The notes under the pieces: model-generated
The model's input: the letters and a program-made list of their open reading frames with translations, nothing else
Told to the model about the DNA's origin: nothing
The model's database searches: none
Position numbers and translations under genes: made by a program
Part shown: positions 54,265 to 63,939 of the stretch, piece after piece
Position numbering within the stretch: the stretch's first letter is position 1
How the letters are laid out: every line of letters begins with the position of its first letter
NCBI GenBank assembly: GCA_037447605.1
Contig: CM074804.1
Coordinates: 6,363,909-6,427,847, forward strand
DNA: 63,939 bases
Reading direction: 5' to 3'
From: Zygnema circumcarinatum SAG 698-1b
Lineage: Eukaryota; Plantae; Zygnematophyceae

Positions 54265-56382
54265 GGCCAGCCTATTCCTTTCGGCTGTATAAAGACGATA
54301 ATGAAGTGATAAAGAAAATAGCAGCTGTGCAGATGCGTAGATGAGGCATGTTTCAGTTTGTACAGGACTTGAGCTTAGCCATAATGACGACAGCTGCTAG
54401 GAAAGTTTTCACACAGAACGCACTTTCTCAATGTGCAAACAAGATGTAAGTTTGAGTTAACTGCTTGAAGTGTACTGCCTTCGATGGCTAAAGTCACTGG
54501 TTGTGCGGAGAGAAAAGAATGCGAGGATGTGAGCTGTGGCTAGCTCAAGTTTGGACTTAGAAAGTTTGAAACGGAACCGAACCTTGTCGTGCAAGGGTGG
54601 GTGTTTTTTACCCAATGATGAAAGCTCGCCACATCTGGGAATGCTCTCTGTACGCGGCAAACTGGAATTGGCGCATGTCTTTTAATGGAGCCTCCACGCA
54701 CTTCGGGTTTTCGACCCACACCCGCAACTCCTGTCTGCTCGAGAGCAAGGCTGGGGTGGGCTTCACGGAAGCGGATATGAAGCAGGGAAAGCAATGGCGG
54801 AGGCAGTCCACATAGTGTCGTATCATGTGAACACTTTAAGCCAGATTCGTGCGTATGGACCGGTGTCCAGTGCAGCAAAGACTATCGTGTCATTTACTTG
54901 TATGCTCTAAAAACCACATGAACCTTTTCTTCTACAAAGGATGTGGCATTGATTTCACGATCAATGCCACATTTTCTTCTCGTTTTTGGGAGGGAACTGG
55001 GAAGAGAGAGAAAAAAGCCCCAGGGGAGGTGTTTCCAGAGACATTAAAGGAAGCCCTGATCGTTATCACTCACGTTTGGAAACGACTGTCTAACAATAGT
55101 TCGCCGTTTAGCAGCCGATTTCAACAACGACATTTAAGGCCTGTTTCGCACGATTTGCCTCTCTGTGACAAAAAACCTGTCAGTGAAAAAAAAACAAGAT
55201 TTCCTTAAAAAAAAAACAGAAAAAAACGGCTGGACTCGCAAACGGATAAACAACACAAACAATAAAAAAACCTAGACTACGGAAAATAAAGAAAGGTTTA
55301 TACGAAATTAAACATCGCAACTTATGACTGTTTTCCTTCTTCAATCACATTTTGGTACTCAAAAGCTCTGAAATGGCCAGCTCCCTTAAGCCTTCCTGTG
55401 TGCATGCAACAGTTTGGCCCACGGTAGTCCAAGCACGTTTTCTGTAGATCAATCCTTATTCCCAACAGTTTTTTGGGCACGATGACTTCTTAAGAGTTGC
55501 ACAAAAACCATGCTGATGTTCCAGCGTTCCTCATGACAGGGCTGCGAATGCCACAACCAGGGGATGACCGTGTTGTGCTGGCAAGCCTCAGATGGCCGAC
55601 GAGAACAAGACAGTAATGAACATTGAAACCAGAGGCAGGGAGGTTCACTTTCATTGTCTCAAAGACGAAGCTGGATTGGTCTCTCATAAAGCTATGAGTT
55701 ATGAAGGAGGGCTCTATCTGGATAGCTCGAAGCCCCCTCTTAACCATGCGAGCAGTGGCTGCCATAATTCAGGCGTTGCTCACTTTGTTGCAGTTGTGTT
55801 TGCGGTGGTACACTGAAGCCGTAGGAGGACATGTCAATCTAATCTGGTTTGACTTATTGAAATATGTGCACGACAGAGTTACCGACAGCTTATTGGTTTC
55901 AAACCTATGTACAGTAAATACCACTCAGCTGGCCAAATGTCTCACGCTTATGTTGACGTGTTGCTTGCAGCATGACCCGAGGGGTCCTGCAGGCCACTAC
56001 CACGGCAGGGAATGCGCCTGCCAGGCGGGCTTACCACAACGAATACGCATTGCCTCCTGCAAAGCGACCACTTCAGAGGCGAGATCAATGACGTTATTTG
56101 GCTCGCTGAGGAGCGTCAGAGAATGCGTTCAGCCTTCTAAAAATGTCCTCGCTGGTAGCTTTCTGTGTATCGGTGTTCCAAGGACCCCCTCACGCGCAGT
56201 GGACGTTACTCGATGCTGATTGCCACCCTGCCTCGTTTCTGTAAGTCCGCTGCACATCTGCCACTGGAAATGTCTCTGCAAAAGACTTCTCTCACGCCGT
56301 CAGCTCTCCCTCATTGCAGTCGATTACTTCGGCAGCCGCATAAGGTAAGCTCTCGCTCTCTTCAAAATTGCCCCTACGGACT

Positions 56383-59300
56383 TCACTGTTCGCCTCCCAT
56401 CTGTTTCTCTGCAGCTAGCATCTCCTCTGCCTGCGCCTGCACCATCACATAGTTGCGCGTCATCAGGCCATATCCATGAGCAGACATGACACCAGAAACC
56501 CTATAATCGCTTCATCCGTTAGCAAAAAAAGGCAAAAACAAGTCTGATGAACAACCCAGCAATTCAAACAGGGAGACTCTACCTAAATACGAAACCAACA
56601 TCTCGTAACTCATATTCAACGCCCTCCTTTCTCTGTCTATCAATATTATTATATGAGGCTTGAATACATTTTTCAAATTTACATCACATGGAAACATAGA
56701 GGAGATGATGAATGGACAAGCGAAGGGGCAGAAAATGCTTGCAGTAGATGTCACTGCATAAGGCAGGCGTGGTAGTAACCCTTCACAGCCTTTAGCTCTA
56801 TTCATCTGTCTGCCTTAGCAAGCAAGTGTGCACATGTAATTATCCGACAAAGTAACTATACTCCGCTTCCAGTTCGTGAAAAGACAAGCCAACAGAAGAA
56901 GAACACCATATCCTTTAGTACAACCCATAAAGCTCCAAATCTTTAAGCAAGAAACTGCAGCAATTGCGCTGATGACTTGCATGCCTCTGCAGGCTCAGCG
57001 CGGCTCACACCAGGCCACTAAGCAATGCAAAGTCCATTCCAACAAAGAGCTATACTTGAAGAACTTATGTAGCCTGTTGGGAACTGATAATAATACCTTC
57101 AGCAGCGCCTCCATCTCCAGAGCCTGTCTCTGCTCCAGAACACGCCAAGCGATTGCCATGTCGTACTCAATAGTGTTCGGCTGTGAGCTGTGGGAACAAA
57201 CAACTCCTTTCCTCTGCACCGCCGTCATGTCCAGACAACCATTCGTCATTCGCCCTTCAGTAGAAACAGAATCATCTAAAAACTCTCCTTAACCCTTCGA
57301 ACGAAACCTTTCCCAGTTGCACCCCCGAGAGTCTCGCCCTTACGTGGTCCCCTGCCCGTGCTTGCCGCCCGAACCGATGCCGCGTGTCCTCCATGTGTCC
57401 GGGGAAGGACGCCTCCGTACGGACGGGCGGGGCCTGCGCCTCTCGCGCCACAACGGGCCTGCATGGAGCGGCCGTTGTACCAATCGGGATGCAATGAGAG
57501 GGAGGGGTCGTGTTGGAGGTCCATTGCCATGAAAACAATAGGTGGCTTCATTACTGGCCAGCTCTCGACTGCCAACAGTCATGTTCGAAACTAGCCATAT
57601 GGTTCAATTTCCCGCTTTGTGCCAAGGCAGTTCGTGTCTTCAAATGTCACAGCACTCGTCAGGTGGGCATTCCAAGACGTGTAAGTTACTGGACACACAA
57701 CAACATGCGAGTCGAGCAGCCTTGAGACATATGTTGTTGTATGGCCAGTAAATGACATGTCTTGGAATGTGCACCAGACTACTGAATGAATGAGCAGAGC
57801 GAACAAGAATGTGACTTAAGTTTTGGTAACGACTCCAAACTCAACATAGAGGTAATTGGAATATGGGAACCTATTGATGAGTATGCAAACGAGCAAGCGC
57901 AATTTTCCGATTCCTTACCGCAAGTTTGGTCCATAAACGAGGCACTTCTGTGCAAGCAGGTTGAGGGCCAGTTCCAATGCTTCATTTGACTCCATAATCA
58001 CCACTGCTTTGCCTGCACCATTTCTTCTCCCTAAACCTGTCAATATGGAAAGTCTTTCTTCCCTGAAAGACTGAAAAGAGAACAAAGACACGAAGAAAGC
58101 AGCAACCGAACAAAAGAACGCACCTAAGTTCACACTGTAGCATGGAACCATGCGCGCTCCGGAGACCGATGGCAGGACATGCTTGAGCTTCACCTGTGCC
58201 TTTACCCCCATCCATGAGCTATGTGCCATAGACTCTTCGTTCCAAATCAACACGCTTTAAATGTGGATTACACAATGTGTTCAGGGGTTAGACTCGAGCA
58301 CATGTAAACAAGACTCGTTTCAACAATCGCACAAATTAGTTAGAGAGTGCAAACTTCACATTTTGGGCGAAGGACGACTTCAGACTGCAAGAAAAAAAAC
58401 ATAACACAGCTGACCAACACGCAAGCATTAAGATTCTAGTGATAAGACTTCTGCAAGCATGTTCGGTGAGGGGGCCAATCTCACAATCTGAAGTCATATG
58501 CGGCCTAAACAGAGAAGGAGATCATTACAGCAATTTGTCCTCCCTTTCGTAGAGGCAACATGGCGGTACTATTACTCCACAATTCAAGTCCTCCTAACCA
58601 CCCACTGCTAAGGGAATAAGTGACGAGGGTGAGAAAGCCAACCTCCAAATCCCTCGATGTGAGGGAGGGGTCCAAGTTGTCCAACACAAGCACGCGGCGC
58701 TGTTTCAGCGCGAGGGCCACTTTGTCCGCCCACTGTGCCCCGCCCTCTCGACCGGAAGTAGTCAGCTCTAACCGGAAGTAGTCAGCTCCAACCGGAAGTA
58801 GTCAGTTCCAACCGGAAGTAGTCAGCTCCAAGCCTTGCCTCACATGCAGCCTCGGAATCACCTTGCTCACCTCGACGCTTATGCGTTCATCAACATGTTG
58901 CCTACATGCAGGAAGGGTCCGTGGCTGATTCTGCTAATGCTAATTGACCACCACATGTGATTCATCATACATAGCAAAATTTTGCAAGTTCTGTTCTTTT
59001 ATATGATATGCAGGAGATGGAAACGATGAGAAGAGCTGCTACTCCTGATTGTGGTTCGCAAAACTGAAAGCCCACCGTTCGCTTGAACACCAATTTCGGC
59101 ACAGTCTGCAACAGATCCCACATTAAAAGCAAGCTCGGTGTTAGTCAAAAACCAGATTGCAGCTCCACCGCCGCACAGCAAATCAGAGTATCCTTTCCAA
59201 AGCTGAGGATACAGTTCAGAAAATGAATGAATGAATGGTGACAGTTCATCAACGCAGAAATTGCACAATTAAAAGTTTACTTTTGTGTCACCAATGAACA

Positions 59301-62300
59301 CAGCCAGAGCTTGAACAACCCCTGAACCCTCCTCTGACCCAAGTTCAACATCGGACAGGGGACAAACCATCGGCTCCTCCGCTGCTCCCGCACCGTCTCT
59401 CATCCCACACGACTCCACTTCCCTTGTCTTCACTCTGAGCCCCTTCTGCCCTGCAGGAGTGGGAGCCTCTCTATGCGATAGCCCATGTGTGGTGGTAGCG
59501 CCATCATCAACATGACGGTCCATTTTCCCTCCCAGAGCAGCAGCTCCCAGCTCGCCCTTTCCCCTGCCCTTGTTATTGGGGGTCGGTGGGCCCCACACGT
59601 CCCGCATTCTGGCCTTGACCTCCGCCGCCTTCGCATCCGAGGGCTGCAGAGAGGGGGTGCGCCGCTGTACGGCTTCTTTGTCGGACTCTCTATCCCTTTT
59701 TTTGCTCCCTGAACTTTTCTCAAGCTTCGCCGCTACGCTTTTGTCTCCATCACCGCGAGCCTTTGGGACGGCAATGTCAACAACAGGCGAACCCTCACCC
59801 ACCACTGCCTCTTTGGGTTTAGGAGTTTCCTTGTAATTCGAGTCGAGATTGCTCGCGGGTAATGCTCTAGGGACCTTGAACTTGTCGTTCGCTTTCGACG
59901 ATGGTCTGCATGTTTCTGGAATTTCGTTCGCTTTTCTTTTCTTCTCCTTGGGCTTAACTACGATAAGATTTGGTTTCTCAATCGGCACGCTCTGGTTTTC
60001 CTCTGACCTATTTCCTGGCATATTAGAAGTGCCTTTCCTGGCAGAGAATGATCCACCCTTTTCCTTTTCTTGCACAAACGAGTCAGCTCGGTACGCCTGA
60101 TTTTCCAAAATCCTGCCAAGGATTGGGCCCGTCATGCTTTGTCTATTTTTTTGGGCTGCAGCCTCAACACTCCTTCCCTTTTGAGTTGCATCAGTCTCAG
60201 ATGTTGGCTTCACAGTTTCTATGTTTTGCACTTTCTTCACTGATGGCTGGCTGACTCCCCCCTCCTTACAACTCACGGCCCTTTCGTTGTCATTACCACC
60301 AGAGATAACTAAATCCACTGCATTCTTGGTCGTTTCACTTGAAGTTCTTTTGAGCTGAATCTCCTTCACCGACTCATCCTCGTCTGCTGCACTTGGCCTG
60401 GGAGAATGCACTGCGACATTCTTCTTGCCAGGAGAAGCCGAGCCCACAACGAAACGGTCGACTGGCTCAGTCACTTGCAATGCTTGGCCATCCCTTCCCA
60501 AAGCGAACCTTTTCCGAGCACTGTCCTCGGCCTCCCTGCCATGCAAATGCTCTGCGATGCAGCCATCGCCGCTCCCTACACGGGTAAGTGCATGTGCTCT
60601 TTCGGCTCTCAACTCCAAGGTCGCATGTCCATGTTCATGTTCATGTTCAGGTGGTCCTGAAAACTGATCCTCTCCGTTTTTTCTTACACCAATGGGCGTT
60701 GGACCAATTTCGCATTCTGCAATCCCCTTGCTGAGGTCATTGCCTCTAAGATCGCGATTTTCTACACTATGAGCAAGCTTTCCTAGGCCTGAATCTGTCT
60801 TCTCGGATTGGACCCCAACTTCCCTCGGGTTGCTCTTGCAACCATCCTCTCGCTTTTGCGCACTACAAAACTGCTCTCCCTCGCCGCTCTCCTGCAAGAG
60901 GAGTTGGGTATAAGAAGCAGGTCTTCGATTTCCAACCACGACTTCATTTGTCACTGTAATGCCTTCTGCCTGTTGCCTCTCAATATGTGCTGATAAATGT
61001 GAAAACCATTCAGGTTTATTGAACATGGCTTCTGCTGCAATGAATCAAGCCAACCCATAAACAAGTTCAACAACCATGTTTACTGGAACCTTAAATGGCT
61101 AACAAACCTCATACTAACCATGTCGTAACCGCAACTGCCCCTACAGTAGAAGTAAGAAAATGCTTGCCGAATTTAAGGACATAGCAGTCTAATCATTTTA
61201 ATGGCTGCTCTCACCTGGCATGTCCACGAGTGCTTCGTCGACTGAATTCAGAGTATTCGCGGTCGCATCATAAATTCGTCGGAACACAGCATCCGCACGG
61301 GAGATGTCCAGATATTTTGGCAGAGGATTCTGAGGGTGGCTCGCTAAACACAGCACAATGGCTTTCCTTGATATAGCATACTGCAACCCAAGGGATGGAA
61401 CTTGTCAACACGTTGGAAATTCTTCTGCCGAAGGACAGAAAATTTACAGCAACGACATGGAGCGCAAAAGGAAAAGCCTAAAACAAAAACAGTTTTCGGA
61501 GCAAAGGCGATGCCCTTACCTTTAAAGACAAAATGTAAAGAAGTAGCAGAGCTTTACCAATGGAAATGGCTCTACTGTACCATGAATGGACAAGAACTAG
61601 CGATTATTTGACTTGTATCCCAGAAACTTGGTAAAGTCAGAGTTCAAGTTCAGGTACTCCTGGAGGAGCTCGAACACCTTCATTATACAGATTGGACGGC
61701 AGAAAGCAGCCATTGATGGACCCACTCAACGTAAACGTAATAGCTACCAGTTCAAAAGGATGGCTTTCGACGGGGTAACTATCTAGCAACCGGAATCGAA
61801 TCAAAGCCAACAATATCATGAAGTGGCAGGCAAATTTCGATATTTTTTTCAGACCTCCTAGTTGGCGCATTGAACGGTATGTAAGTTGCTCCCACAATGG
61901 AAAGCACTTGCAAACGAACCCAAGATGTAGCAGTACAAACATCGATGGTACAAACTAACAGCAACCCAAAAAATTAAAAAAAGGGAGCGAGGGGAGAAGA
62001 TTTGGGGGTGGGGGGGGGAGAGGAAGGCTTGCCAATTACATGCATCCTATGTCCAGAACTAATTAAGCAAAAACAAGGGACACTGCAAAAAAAGTTTGTT
62101 TGGTGGAGTAAAGTCCTACCAGGTCAACCTTGTCTTCAGCCCCTGGCCCCAATCCTCCGGCCAAGAATAACTCGTTCGCATAGCGGTCTAAAATGTTCGG
62201 GCTTCCCTCCTTCAATTGCACTTCCTCCGGCCGAAAAAACCAGCGCACCCTCACGAACGGCCTCCCTGTTGCCCGCTCCCTCCATATGTCTCGAACTTTT

Positions 62301-62437
62301 CCGATGTGCGGAAGAGCATCTGGCCCCGTAGCAGGAAATGCTACGCAATCATTGATCTTAATCTCCTCTCTTCCGATGAAATAAGAACTATAATAATCCA
62401 ATTTCCCCGGCCTCGACTTCCACGCCACGGCTGCCAT
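56383..62437 (-). CDS. ASI1: ANTI-SILENCING 1-like (ASI1/IBM2/SG1) BAH + RRM protein
   Basis: BAH segment PHIGKVRDIW...VRVRWFFRPEE...NELFLAGGLGPG and VLCLASHPQNPLP; RRM VLVLDNLDPSLTSRDLE...GKAVVIMES; C-terminal SHSSQPNTIEYDMAIAW, which matches the ASI1 motif as recalled. Confidence 0.88.
58751..58830. repeat. 20-bp tandem repeat x4 (ACCGGAAGTAGTCAGCTCCA)
   Basis: Four near-identical units starting at 58751, 58771, 58791 and 58811. Confidence 0.97.
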
Positions 62438-62498
62438 TGAACACCGCATCCCCCTCGTCAGCTCTTCTCCCACGCGCTTTTCCAGCTCGCAGCCACGC

Positions 62499-62552
62499 CC
62501 CTCCCTCCTCCCTCCTCCCTCCTCCCTCCTCCCTCCTCCCTCCTCCCTCCTC
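62499..62552. repeat. (CCTCCCT)n heptamer repeat upstream of the ASI1 start codon, abutting the gap
   Basis: Seen directly in the sequence. Confidence 0.9.
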
Positions 62553-62562
62553 NNNNNNNNNN

Positions 62563-63939
62563 TGAACATGGCTTCTGCTGCAATGAATCAAGCCAACCCA
62601 TAAACAAGTTCAACAACCATGTTTACTGGAACCTTAAATGGCTAACAAACCTCATACTAACCATGTCGTAACCGCAACTGCCCCTACAGTAGAAGTAAGA
62701 AAATGCTTGCCGAATTTAAGGACATAGCAGTCTAATCATTTTAATGGCTGCTCTCACCTGGCATGTCCACGAGTGCTTCGTCGACTGAATTCAGAGTATT
62801 CGCGGTCGCATCATAAATTCGTCGGAACACAGCATCCGCACGGGAGATGTCCAGATATTTTGGCAGAGGATTCTGAGGGTGGCTCGCTAAACACAGCACA
62901 ATGGCTTTCCTTGATATAGCATACTGCAACCCAAGGGATGGAACTTGTCAACACGTTGGAAATTCTTCTGCCGAAGGACAGAAAATTTACAGCAACGACA
63001 TGGAGCGCAAAAGGAAAAGCCTAAAACAAAAACAGTTTTCGGAGCAAAGGCGATGCCCTTACCTTTAAAGACAAAATGTAAAGAAGTAGCAGAGCTTTAC
63101 CAATGGAAATGGCTCTACTGTACCATGAATGGACAAGAACTAGCGATTATTTGACTTGTATCCCAGAAACTTGGTAAAGTCAGAGTTCAAGTTCAGGTAC
63201 TCCTGGAGGAGCTCGAACACCTTCATTATACAGATTGGACGGCAGAAAGCAGCCATTGATGGACCCACTCAACGTAAACGTAATAGCTACCAGTTCAAAA
63301 GGATGGCTTTCGACGGGGTAACTATCTAGCAACCGGAATCGAATCAAAGCCAACAATATCATGAAGTGGCAGGCAAATTTCGATATTTTTTTCAGACCTC
63401 CTAGTTGGCGCATTGAACGGTATGTAAGTTGCTCCCACAATGGAAAGCACTTGCAAACGAACCCAAGATGTAGCAGTACAAACATCGATGGTACAAACTA
63501 ACAGCAACCCAAAAAATTAAAAAAAGGGAGCGAGGGGAGAAGATTTGGGGGTGGGGGGGGGAGAGGAAGGCTTGCCAATTACATGCATCCTATGTCCAGA
63601 ACTAATTAAGCAAAAACAAGGGACACTGCAAAAAAAGTTTGTTTGGTGGAGTAAAGTCCTACCAGGTCAACCTTGTCTTCAGCCCCTGGCCCCAATCCTC
63701 CGGCCAAGAATAACTCGTTCGCATAGCGGTCTAAAATGTTCGGGCTTCCCTCCTTCAATTGCACTTCCTCCGGCCGAAAAAACCAGCGCACCCTCACGAA
63801 CGGCCTCCCTGTTGCCCGCTCCCTCCATATGTCTCGAACTTTTCCGATGTGCGGAAGAGCATCTGGCCCCGTAGCAGGAAATGCTACGCAATCATTGATC
63901 TTAATCTCCTCTCTTCCGATGAAATAAGAACTATAATAA
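62563..63939. repeat. Apparently exact direct duplicate of 61020-62396 (ASI1 5' exons) after an N gap; probable assembly artefact
   Basis: Constant offset of 1543 bp and identical ORF translations; begins immediately after the 10 Ns at 62553-62562. Confidence 0.9.

Noticed and set aside
54540-56220. Short ORFs between the CBS and ASI1 genes
   Set aside because: No motifs; consistent with 3' UTR/intergenic sequence
58751-58830. CRISPR-like array
   Set aside because: Head-to-tail repeats with no spacers, no cas genes, eukaryotic context
62563-63939. Tandem duplication of ASI1 5' exons as a real paralogue
   Set aside because: Appears identical including introns and begins right at a 10-N gap next to a low-complexity repeat, so most likely an unmerged contig overlap

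Overview
Gene-dense, intron-rich eukaryotic nuclear DNA from a streptophyte, probably a charophyte/zygnematophyte alga (inferred from ABCI20, ASI1, BTR1 and CBSX-type homologues, short GT-AG introns and plastid transit peptides). About 12 protein genes: SRPBCC cyclase (truncated by the window edge), an unknown gene, mitochondrial carrier, BCS1, TBC RabGAP, ABCI20, PP2A catalytic subunit, NSA2, a BTR1/Nova-like KH protein, a Pelle/RLCK kinase fused to about 11 SEL1 repeats, a plastid CBS protein and an ASI1-like BAH-RRM protein. The first eight form four consecutive head-to-head pairs. At 42.7-45.9 kb is a nested DNA-transposon island: a hAT element with an 8-bp TSD appears to carry an inverted sibling copy ('double-Ds' architecture), sits inside a small MITE-like element and lies next to a long-TIR foldback element. 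Other notable points: a strongly base-paired ~370-nt segment in an NSA2 intron, an animal/fungal-type BCS1, and a 20-bp tandem repeat in ASI1 containing an in-frame stop. The last 1.38 kb duplicates 61020-62396 across an N gap and is probably an assembly artefact. All family assignments come from motif recognition; no database search or folding was run.
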